Shown: piece by piece, positions 1 to 8,252 of the stretch
Position numbering within the stretch: the stretch's first letter is position 1
Layout of the letters: every line of letters begins with the position of its first letter
Made by a program: the position numbers and the translations under genes
Assembly: GCA_038840695.1 (NCBI GenBank)
Contig: JAWBVE010000001.1
Span: forward strand, 44,896-108,895
Direction: 5' to 3'
Source of the DNA: Candidatus Pacearchaeota archaeon
GTDB lineage: Archaea > Nanobdellota > Nanobdellia > Pacearchaeales > JAPDKA01
Length of the DNA: 64,000 nt
The notes under the pieces: model-generated
The model's database searches: none
Seen by the model: the letters and a program-made list of their open reading frames with translations, nothing else
What the model was told of the DNA's origin: nothing

Positions 1-25
1 TTAAAGTTTTTAAATTTTTATTTTT

Positions 26-625
26 ATGCCAAAATCAATGCCTACGCCTAAATTGGCTAAAGTGCTTTATTCTGAGGAGCTTGGAATAAGGCTTAATACA
101 AAAAGAGAATCAGAGCTTTTTAAGTGGTTTCTTGCAGCTTTTCTTTTCGGCAAACGTATAAATGAAAGCATTGCAAAGAGCACATGGCTTTGCTTCAAAA
201 AATCAAAAATTTTGAGCCCAAAAGAAATTCTAAAGGCAGGCTGGCATAAACTTGTTGAGATTCTTGATGAAGGAGGCTATGTAAGATATGATTTTAGCAC
301 AGCTGACAGGCTTCTCGAAATAAGCAAGACACTTCTCGAGAGATATGGCAACAAGCCCTTAACAAGAATGTATAGAGAAGCGAGAGATAGCAAGGATTTA
401 GAAAAAAAGCTTCTCGAGCTAAGAGGAGTTGGGCCTATAACAGCCAATATTTTTTTGCGTGAGCTAAGGCATATATTGCCGAAAGCAAATCCAGAGCCTC
501 TACCAATTGTTAAGAAACTAGCAAAAAAATATCATGTAAAGCTTCCAAAAAACAGACAAACAAGAGCCTTTGTTGAGCTGGAAGCAGCTTTAATAAGGCT
601 AAGAAAAGATAAAAACAAAAAGTAA
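26..625 (+). CDS. HhH-GPD superfamily DNA glycosylase-like protein (base excision repair)
   Basis: 199-aa ORF. Helix-hairpin-helix signature LLELRGVGPITANIFLRELR (LxxLxGVGxxTAxxxL), as in endonuclease III/AlkA-type enzymes. No Fe-S cysteine cluster seen. Substrate cannot be inferred. Confidence 0.5.
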   Translation: MPKSMPTPKLAKVLYSEELGIRLNTKRESELFKWFLAAFLFGKRINESIAKSTWLCFKKSKILSPKEILKAGWHKLVEILDEGGYVRYDFSTADRLLEISKTLLERYGNKPLTRMYREARDSKDLEKKLLELRGVGPITANIFLRELRHILPKANPEPLPIVKKLAKKYHVKLPKNRQTRAFVELEAALIRLRKDKNKK

Positions 626-715
626 AAATCAAGTAAAGAAAGAAAAAGTAAGAAAAAGTAAAGTAAAAGCAAAGAAAAAATAAGAAAAAGTAAGAAAAAG
701 TAAGAAAAAGCAAAG
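626..715. repeat. A-rich short tandem repeat (10-mer TAAGAAAAAG)
   Basis: Three perfect tandem copies of TAAGAAAAAG at 681-710, preceded by degenerate copies (GTAAGAAAAA, GTAAAGTAAAAG) from ~626. Lies between the stop of the glycosylase-like gene and the start of the RNase P subunit gene. Confidence 0.8.
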
Positions 716-1033
716 ATGATAAAAAAGAAAAATCAGAGAAAAAGACAAGAGAGGAGCGCTCTTGCAAGCGTGCTCGTGTTGTGGAGAGAGGCTTTGAAAG
801 CAGCAATGACTAACAAGGAACGAGCAAGGAATTACATAAAGCAAATTCGTGCTATTAAAAAGCATGTTAAAATAAAATTGCCTCCTGAGATAAGACGTGG
901 CTATTGCAAAAAATGTTATATTCCTCTAATAAAAGGCAGGACAGCTGAAATAAAAAAAATAAAAACAAAAAAAGGAATTTTAATAGAACTTAAATGCATT
1001 GAGTGCGGCGCAATTCGTCGATATATTTGCTAA
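716..1033 (+). CDS. rnp4: Ribonuclease P protein component 4 (Rpp21/Rpr2 family)
   Basis: 105 aa. Basic helical N-terminus followed by a Zn ribbon, RRGYCKKCYIPLIKGRTAEIKKIKTKKGILIELKCIECGAIRRY (CxxC...CxxC). This is the Rpr2/Rpp21 architecture. Confidence 0.7.
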   Translation: MIKKKNQRKRQERSALASVLVLWREALKAAMTNKERARNYIKQIRAIKKHVKIKLPPEIRRGYCKKCYIPLIKGRTAEIKKIKTKKGILIELKCIECGAIRRYIC

Positions 1034-1057
1034 TCCTAGCCTACTAGCCATCTTGCT

Positions 1058-4000
1058 CTAAAATGCCTCTTTTTTCTCAAAAGTTATCTTTACTTTAGAA
1101 CTTATTTCCCTTTCTTTTCTTTTTTTAATTAAAAATATCACCTTTATTATAACTAAAATCGCAAAGGCAGCCAATATAAAAATCAAAATTAAGCCAAGAT
1201 CAGCTATTTTATTCTCTTTTTCACATTCTTTACTTTCTTGATAAGCTATGCATTCAAAGTTCGTAGCTTCACTGCAATTATAACAAGTTCTTGTCTGCTT
1301 TCCATCAACACACTTGCTCCATTCACTACATTCTGGGCAAGCACATTTAAGCACTTTAACAGTGAACGAAACCTTTTTCCTTTCATAATCAAGCTCATCT
1401 AAGCTAATTTTAATATCGGCAATGCCATCATTAGTTATATCAACAAGCTTTGATTGGTTTACCCCTATTGTAAATCTTATAGGTAGGCTATAAATAGTAA
1501 TGTCGACACTATCACTATTTATTTTATTAATAACAATTTTGTGCTCAACTTTTTCATAAATAAAGTAAGCTGCTTCTCCTTCAGCAAGCCTTTTACATTC
1601 GCCAATACCAAATTTTTCTATTGGCTCTTTTATCTCACATACGACACTTGCCTCTTCTTTGATCTTTTCAGCTTCCCTTAGCTTTTCTTTCAACTTTTCA
1701 ATCTCTTCACTAGCATTTATAGCTCCGCCAGCGCCTTCGCCGCCGCCAGCTCCGCCACCTCCACCGGCTTGTATAATGCTAAAGTTTCTTGTTTCTGAAG
1801 TATTTGTATTGTTACTGTCATCCCAGCAAGTTACATTCCATTGATGTGAGCCAACTACAAAGCCAGAAACTGTTTGATTTGTCGAAGTTGAATTCAAACT
1901 TTCAATGCTTGAAGCTTTTACAATACCATCTATAGTTAAATTGCAACTTAAGTTAGAATCAAGATTGTCTAGCGCTGTCCAATTAAAGTTTATTGATGTT
2001 GCTGTTGTAGAAAAGCCTTGAGGAGGGAAGTTTAGGGCTATTGAAGGCTTGGTTGTATCTATCGTCACATTTCTTGTTTCTGTTGAATTTGAATTGTTCA
2101 AGTTATCATAGGCAGTTGCATTAAAGTAGTAAGTGCCTTCTGGAAGGTTTGTGAAGTTTGCAAATAGAGGTGAGCTTGTTGAAGTGCTTGAATTAATTAA
2201 GTTACCAGTTGAGTTGTATAAATAAATTGTAATGTTTTTTAGTCCACTTCCAGCATCAGAAGCTGTAACATTTACTTGTATGTAATCTCTATTAATTGTT
2301 GAGCCAGATGTTTCTGTTGGTGAAACAAAGTTAATTGAAGGAGCAATTGTATCGGCAATAGTAAAGTCTCTTGTCTCACTGACATTACTTAACTCGCTAT
2401 CTGTACAATTAATGCTCCAATTATGACTGCCATAGCTTATCCCACTAATCAAAAAGTTCGTCAACGTATTGTTTTGCACAGAGTTGTTGGTTTGGTTCAA
2501 AGCAGAATCAAGATAAATTGAACAGCTTAAAGTTGTATTCAAGTCATCTGTAGCGGTGAAATTAAAGTTAATGTCTTGCGTGTTATTGAATTGCGTATTA
2601 TTTTCAGGTAGATTGAGAGTTATTTGCGGAGCTTGATTGAAATAAATTGTTACATTTCTTGTTTCAGTTGAATTGCTATTGCCTGCCGCGTCATATGCAG
2701 TTGAATTGAAATAATAAATGCCATCACTCAAGCTAGTGAAATTTACAAAATATGATGAAGATACGCTCATTGTCTGATTTAATAAATGAGTTGAATTGTA
2801 CAAGAACACTTCTAAATAGTCAAGATGCTCGTCATCAGCCGTGACATTAATTTGTATGTAATTTCTGTTTATGGTTGAGCCTGATGTTTCTGTTGGCGGC
2901 ACGAATTCTATTGCCGGCGGCGTGTTGTCTATACTGAATTTGCCTGTCATAATGCTGTATGATGAAAGTCCTTCAGCTGTCTCATTCTCGAACACAACAA
3001 CTTTCAAGGAATAGTTGCCGTCTTGGAACATAGTTGTATTCCAGTCGTAGCTCGTAGTGCTTGCATTGCCATAATTCGTGACTATTGTTGCATTCTCGCT
3101 GTAATCCGGATTTAACAAAGTGATGTTGAACTGAAGGCTGTCATTTTCTTCATCATAAACATTACTCCATGATATTCGGATCGTTCCGCTTAAGATGTCA
3201 TTTGGTGCGGGAGATAGAATATACGGCACGGTTGGTGCATCATTCACTTCTGTAATGTTGAAGTATGTGTGCTCCGTGTCGTTTATTGCGCCATAATTGT
3301 CTATTGCGATAAATGTTACATTGTAAATTCCGCTTATGGAAGTGTCTGAGAATACTCCTTCATACAATTCAGGGGCGCTTATAGTCAAGTTGTCCCATGT
3401 GACATTTATGCTCCCCCAGCCAGTTTCTGCTGTTTCTGCTTCGAGGTTGATAAATAGGGCGCAAGGCATGTTTACATTATCAACATGTGCTTCCTCATAC
3501 CAATCATTAGCTGTATGATTCCAAGTGTAGAAAGTGAAATTGTTTCCTTCTCTCTTTATTCTGAATTTACCATATGTATCGTTTGTCGGCCTTTCTGAAA
3601 TATAGTCTGAAATGTTGCCGTCGTTTATAAAGACATCATAAGTTCTGCCATAGCCTGTCCAGTTTCCTATCGACATGAAGATAATCTTTGATGAGCTAAG
3701 CAATGATGGGTTTTCTATGAGGCTGAATAGCATAGCGTAATCTATACCTTCCTCATGAGTGATGTTGAAAGAGATACTCATATCGAAGTATTTGCAAACA
3801 GGGTAAATTGAAACAAGCCCGCAGTATGTGTCTGTTAATGGTGAGCCATTTCCGCTTATTGCTGTGTAAGCCATGTCAGGAACGGTTGTATCAATATCTG
3901 CAATGCATATCTGATCTGTTCCTGTATGATTTTCTATTGTCCACGCAATTCCGACCGTGTTTGTGTCGAAGTTATCAGCGTTTGGCGGAATGTATAGCGT

Positions 4001-7000
4001 GACATTTTGCTTTGAAGAATTTGGTAAGGTTACTTCTGCGACTGTTAGGTTTAAGCTGTCAGGATCTGTTATGTTTGCGACGAGCACGACAACATCTTCC
4101 TCATCAAAGACCTCTCCTGGTGAAGGGTGTAATATCACAACGCTAGGAGGTATTCCTATAAATACATTTCTTGTTTCTGAAACATTCCAGTTGTTGCTTG
4201 TGTCATTTGCATAAACTTTGTAAGTGTAGTTTGTGTTTCCTGTTAAGCCTGTCTTGTTAGTATAACAAGTTACATTTGTTCCTGAGCCTACTTTTGTCAT
4301 GCTTTCGTTTGAGCCATTCCATTCTAGGATGCAAGCGTCGATATTGCTGAGAATATCTGACACGCTTGCATTGATTGTTACCCAATCTCGACTTAGCACA
4401 GCGTTGTTATTTGGGGTTGGTGAGACAAACACGATTGATGGGCCAATCGTATCATTAATTGTAAAGTATCTTATCTCAGAAACATTGCTCAGCTCGCCGT
4501 CACTGCAATTAACACTCCAGTTGTGGCTTCCATAACTTATTCCATTAATCAAGAAATTCGTTAAAGTGTTGTTTGCTGTACTTGAGTTTGTTTGATTCAA
4601 AACATTGTCGAGATAAATGCTACAGTTTAAAATTGTGTTCAAGTCGTCTATGGCTGTAAAGTTGAAATTTATGTTCTGAGTGTTGTTAAATTGTGTGTTG
4701 TTGGCAGGCAAGTTTAGAGTTATTTGAGGCGCCTGGTTTGGAGGTGCTGTCCAATTTATCTTTAAACTTCTGTTGGCATCGCCCCAATCGCTTTGCGATG
4801 CATTGTCATAAGCAAGACAATTCCATGTATAATTGCCAACTCCTAAAGTCAATATCCACTGACTTGAGTTGCTCGTGCCAGAAATATTTGTTGTTTGGTT
4901 CAGCGAGAAGGATTGGTTCGTTGCGTTTGTTATATAAAGTGAGATATTCTTGAGCTGGATATCATCTGCAGCAGAGCAATTAAATGTAACATTGACATAA
5001 GGCGCCGAATCATTCCAATAATTATCTACAGGTGCGTTGAGTGTTGTAGTTGGGGGGTTGTCAGACGGTGCAGCTGTCCAATTAAGTTTTACAGTCCTGT
5101 TTGCTGGGGCAAAAGCTGACTGACTTGCATTGTCATAGCATTGGATATTCCAAATGAAAGTTTTGTTTGTTAAATTGTTAAGGCTGAAGTTTGTTACATT
5201 GTTTTTGCCTGTAATTGTTTGTGTCTGATTTAGATGCCATGTTCCAGTATAGTTATGCCACAATGAGCAATTTACAAGGTCATAATCATCAGTTACAGTT
5301 GCATTGAATGTTAAATTAACATACTGGCTTGTGTCATTATAATAATTGTCTTGAGGGTGATCAAGTGTAACAGTCGGAGGATTGTCTGGAGCATTGTAAT
5401 TCACAGTAACAGTCCAGTTGGCAGCAGCAAAAGAGCACGCCGATTCATTATCGCATGCTTGACAATTCCATAATATCGCACCATTGCTTAAATTAGTTCT
5501 TTCGAATGTTGTTTCATTGCTTGTGCCAGAAACAGCAACAGTGCCATTAGCCTGCCATGTTCCTGTATAATTCCAGTAAAATGTTATGTTGCTGAGCTGT
5601 AGGTCATCTGTTGCATTACAGGTGAAGTTTACAGCATTGCTTGTTGTAACACTTCCATTGCTCGGTGAAACTAATGTAACATTTGGCTTCAATATATAGG
5701 TTATGTTTGCATACATGTAATCAATCCATAGGTCAACATTGTTGTCGCTCTGCTCTGTGCCGTCAAAAATAATTATCAACTTTCTTGCTGAAGCTACAGG
5801 GTCTGGTTTGCTATTTAACCAGCTTGTGATGTCACCACAGACAGCATTTGGGCTACCCCCAACGTCACTCCAGTTTAGACAAGTTGCCTGTGTTTTTGGC
5901 ACAGCTACTGTGTATGTTGGAGTTCCAGTCGCGTTCTCGCCGGCATAAATGCCACAAGCATCTCCAGCATCATCACCAAGGATAGAATCACGATAAGCAA
6001 GAATGCAGACAGTTGCATTTGTTATCAGTGCATTTGTTGGTATAAAAGTACTATTTACAGAAACATTTAACCTATTAATAACTGCCCCCTTACCAACCCT
6101 AAACTGCTCATATTGAGTGTCGTCAGTTGCAAGGTAAGAGAAGGTGCAGGTTCCTGGAGCACCACCTTCAGTACATTCTATGATATATTGCGGAGGCAAT
6201 TCTGCATAAGCAGGATCTTCTGGCGTTAGTGTGAATGAATAATCTTCGCCAGGAACAATTGCCATCAAATAAGTCCACTCGCCATTGCATTTTCGCTCTG
6301 TGAAATCCCACTCCTTGCATTTCCATAGCTCATTGCCCTTAGCTGTAATAGTCACAAGCGCTTCTGTAAAATTCAGTGCTGTTGGATCAATGGCATAAAC
6401 TTCTACAGAGTCAGCAGGGCCAGCTGTTTCTGGCACATCATCAATTGCAACAGCTCCTTCAAAATCATTGTCTATATCAACATCAAACCTTATTTCTTTT
6501 ATTGGAAAACTAGCCGGAATTATTTTTACATTATATTTGCCTTTCTTTAGCTTTATTGTTTCATTATTTGACTGTTCATAAATTGTATTTGCTTTTTCAT
6601 ATATAATTACTGCATCTTCCAATCCCTCATGCTTTCTTACCTCTATCCTTACATTATATGTAGGCACTGCTCCGAAGCCAATTTTTTCACTCGCCTCACC
6701 TACCTTTATCTCAAAATAATCTCTTTCAGGATTAAAGTTGTAAACTATGAGCGTAACCTTTTGTTCTGCTATTGAGAAATTTTGGCTTAGTTCATAACTT
6801 AAGGAATCTTGAGTTTCTATCTTTATTGGCATGCTTTTTGTTGAGGTATGATGAAATGTTATGCTTAGAATGCCAGTTTCATTATCATAGCTTACAGCAT
6901 CGATAACAACATTAAAGCCAGGATCATCTTCGACGAGCTCATAATTTACTTTACTAATATTAACCATGCCTTCTTCTCCCTTCTCTTCCCTTTCTATTTC

Positions 7001-7876
7001 TCTCGAAGCGACCCAATACTCTATTTTATCTATTTCAAGCTCGCCAGAAGCTATTTCAATAAGAAGCTTATATTTATTTTCTGTTAAGTTTAGTGAACAT
7101 GTTTCAATACATACATTATTAAAACTTATCGTTTTTGCTATTGTTTTTGTTTCTGTCCTGACTTCTTGCTCTTGTTCTTGTGCCTGAGCAAGAGTCTCTT
7201 GCTCTGCTTCTTGCTCTTGCCTTGATTCATTCTGCTCTGCTACCGGCTCTGTTGAAGTTGTTAAGTTTTCACCTGCGGCTGTTTCATTCTTAATTGTTAG
7301 TTTAATTGTTAGTGATTCATTTGTTTCATTTTCTGCCTCAGTAGCTTTGCTTTCATTTTGTTTTGCTTCTTGCTCAGAATTAATATCCTCTTGCCCAAGC
7401 AAAGCATCAATAGCCTTGCCAGTAATATCAAAGCGGCCAGCGCTCTTGTTTTTCAGCTCTTTTAACAAAGCTCCATCAAGAATTAAATAGAGCTTGCCTG
7501 CATCAAGATAAACCTTAAAATCATTGTTATTGCCATTGACATCATTGTTATTCCCATTATTATCGCTATAATTATATTTATATCTTCCCGAGAGAGTTAA
7601 GGCTTTAAGCAGGCTTCCTTCTGGCACATCAAGCTCAATCTCTAGCTCTGTATTTTTATCAGTAACAAAATTTATTTCCTTTACATTTTTTGTTGCACCT
7701 TTTACATCCTTTACAGTAAAGCTTGTTAAGCTTGTCAAAGTCGTTAAAGTGTTAAGAATATTTGAAATATAGAGGAAAAGCAAAAGGGCAAGTAGAAAAA
7801 ATGAGAGCCCTATTATTATTAGAACTTTAGATTTTCTTGCCTTTTCTTTCCCTTTAGCCCCCTTTTCTTTTTTCAT
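1058..7876 (-). CDS. Giant (2272 aa) membrane-anchored, heavily N-glycosylation-sequon-rich surface protein with repeated Ig-like modules
   Basis: Single uninterrupted ORF. Features in order:
- N-terminal K-rich tail plus TM segment (SKVLIIIGLSFFLLALLLFLYI).
- At least eight ~100-aa modules sharing the pattern P..L..P....VNFT...DD..L.N.S.Y....NQT...G.Y.WN..C.D.
- A jelly-roll/LamG-like central region.
- Poly-Gly linker GGGGGAGGGEGAGG.
- Cys/Trp-rich module.
- C-terminal TM segment followed by KKRKERE.
N-x-S/T sequons are extremely dense. Confidence 0.85.
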   Translation of the reverse strand: MKKEKGAKGKEKARKSKVLIIIGLSFFLLALLLFLYISNILNTLTTLTSLTSFTVKDVKGATKNVKEINFVTDKNTELEIELDVPEGSLLKALTLSGRYKYNYSDNNGNNNDVNGNNNDFKVYLDAGKLYLILDGALLKELKNKSAGRFDITGKAIDALLGQEDINSEQEAKQNESKATEAENETNESLTIKLTIKNETAAGENLTTSTEPVAEQNESRQEQEAEQETLAQAQEQEQEVRTETKTIAKTISFNNVCIETCSLNLTENKYKLLIEIASGELEIDKIEYWVASREIEREEKGEEGMVNISKVNYELVEDDPGFNVVIDAVSYDNETGILSITFHHTSTKSMPIKIETQDSLSYELSQNFSIAEQKVTLIVYNFNPERDYFEIKVGEASEKIGFGAVPTYNVRIEVRKHEGLEDAVIIYEKANTIYEQSNNETIKLKKGKYNVKIIPASFPIKEIRFDVDIDNDFEGAVAIDDVPETAGPADSVEVYAIDPTALNFTEALVTITAKGNELWKCKEWDFTERKCNGEWTYLMAIVPGEDYSFTLTPEDPAYAELPPQYIIECTEGGAPGTCTFSYLATDDTQYEQFRVGKGAVINRLNVSVNSTFIPTNALITNATVCILAYRDSILGDDAGDACGIYAGENATGTPTYTVAVPKTQATCLNWSDVGGSPNAVCGDITSWLNSKPDPVASARKLIIIFDGTEQSDNNVDLWIDYMYANITYILKPNVTLVSPSNGSVTTSNAVNFTCNATDDLQLSNITFYWNYTGTWQANGTVAVSGTSNETTFERTNLSNGAILWNCQACDNESACSFAAANWTVTVNYNAPDNPPTVTLDHPQDNYYNDTSQYVNLTFNATVTDDYDLVNCSLWHNYTGTWHLNQTQTITGKNNVTNFSLNNLTNKTFIWNIQCYDNASQSAFAPANRTVKLNWTAAPSDNPPTTTLNAPVDNYWNDSAPYVNVTFNCSAADDIQLKNISLYITNATNQSFSLNQTTNISGTSNSSQWILTLGVGNYTWNCLAYDNASQSDWGDANRSLKINWTAPPNQAPQITLNLPANNTQFNNTQNINFNFTAIDDLNTILNCSIYLDNVLNQTNSSTANNTLTNFLINGISYGSHNWSVNCSDGELSNVSEIRYFTINDTIGPSIVFVSPTPNNNAVLSRDWVTINASVSDILSNIDACILEWNGSNESMTKVGSGTNVTCYTNKTGLTGNTNYTYKVYANDTSNNWNVSETRNVFIGIPPSVVILHPSPGEVFDEEDVVVLVANITDPDSLNLTVAEVTLPNSSKQNVTLYIPPNADNFDTNTVGIAWTIENHTGTDQICIADIDTTVPDMAYTAISGNGSPLTDTYCGLVSIYPVCKYFDMSISFNITHEEGIDYAMLFSLIENPSLLSSSKIIFMSIGNWTGYGRTYDVFINDGNISDYISERPTNDTYGKFRIKREGNNFTFYTWNHTANDWYEEAHVDNVNMPCALFINLEAETAETGWGSINVTWDNLTISAPELYEGVFSDTSISGIYNVTFIAIDNYGAINDTEHTYFNITEVNDAPTVPYILSPAPNDILSGTIRISWSNVYDEENDSLQFNITLLNPDYSENATIVTNYGNASTTSYDWNTTMFQDGNYSLKVVVFENETAEGLSSYSIMTGKFSIDNTPPAIEFVPPTETSGSTINRNYIQINVTADDEHLDYLEVFLYNSTHLLNQTMSVSSSYFVNFTSLSDGIYYFNSTAYDAAGNSNSTETRNVTIYFNQAPQITLNLPENNTQFNNTQDINFNFTATDDLNTTLSCSIYLDSALNQTNNSVQNNTLTNFLISGISYGSHNWSINCTDSELSNVSETRDFTIADTIAPSINFVSPTETSGSTINRDYIQVNVTASDAGSGLKNITIYLYNSTGNLINSSTSTSSPLFANFTNLPEGTYYFNATAYDNLNNSNSTETRNVTIDTTKPSIALNFPPQGFSTTATSINFNWTALDNLDSNLSCNLTIDGIVKASSIESLNSTSTNQTVSGFVVGSHQWNVTCWDDSNNTNTSETRNFSIIQAGGGGGAGGGEGAGGAINASEEIEKLKEKLREAEKIKEEASVVCEIKEPIEKFGIGECKRLAEGEAAYFIYEKVEHKIVINKINSDSVDITIYSLPIRFTIGVNQSKLVDITNDGIADIKISLDELDYERKKVSFTVKVLKCACPECSEWSKCVDGKQTRTCYNCSEATNFECIAYQESKECEKENKIADLGLILIFILAAFAILVIIKVIFLIKKRKEREISSKVKITFEKKEAF
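2312..2638 (-). repeat. Internal module copy B of giant ORF (NQAPQITLNLPENNTQFNNTQD...FVSPTE)
   Basis: About 109 codons. Roughly 80% identical at protein level to copy A at 4412-4738 and clearly related to 53338-53637 in another gene (by-eye alignment). Confidence 0.8.
4412..4738 (-). repeat. Internal module copy A of giant ORF (NQAPQITLNLPANNTQFNNTQN...FVSPTP)
   Basis: Paralogous to 2312-2638. Shared strings include ITLNLP.NNTQFNNTQ.INFNFTA.DDLNT.L.CSIYLD..LNQTN and GISYGSHNWS.NC.D.ELSNVSE.R.FTI.DTI.PSI.FVSPT. Confidence 0.8.
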
Positions 7877-8252
7877 TTATTTATTGAGGTTTTTTCTCCT
7901 TAAAAAAATATTGGATTGATTAATACCTCTTGCAAATAATAAAAAAGAATAAAAAAGCAGCCTCTTCCTTAGATAATGCATAAAAATAAGATGAAACTTT
8001 GATAAAGATTTGATAAAAACTCAAAGTCCGCCGAAAAATTTGAGCTAGGGAAAAATATTTAAAGAAAACAGCATTAATTTTTTATAAATTTCTAACAAAA
8101 AAGGAAAATGGCAAAAAAGAAAAAAGGCAAAAAGAAGAAATAATCTAACAAAACTTCGTTTTATTTTTTCTTTTTTATTTTTATTTTTTCTTTTTCTTTT
8201 GCCACTGATCGTGAATAAATAAAAAATAAAAAGAGCTTAGTTTCTATATTGA

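Noticed and set aside
681-710. I checked the short tandem repeats (681-710, 18795-18842, 25086-25115, 35580-35611) as possible CRISPR or other arrays.
   Set aside because: The units are 10-16 nt, directly abutting with no spacers, and have only 2-3 copies. They are simple slippage-type repeats, not CRISPR.
510-865. Minus-strand ORFs of 98 aa and 78 aa spanning the 10-mer repeat.
   Set aside because: They run through the A-rich repeat as poly-Phe/Leu. They overlap the 3' end of the glycosylase-like gene and the 5' end of rnp4. They are not credible.
8108-8143. Tiny ORF encoding MAKKKKGKKKK; I considered a ribosomal L41e-like micro-protein.
   Set aside because: It is only 11 codons and does not match the Arg-rich L41e sequence as I recall it. 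It lies within a generic A-rich tract where such frames arise by chance.
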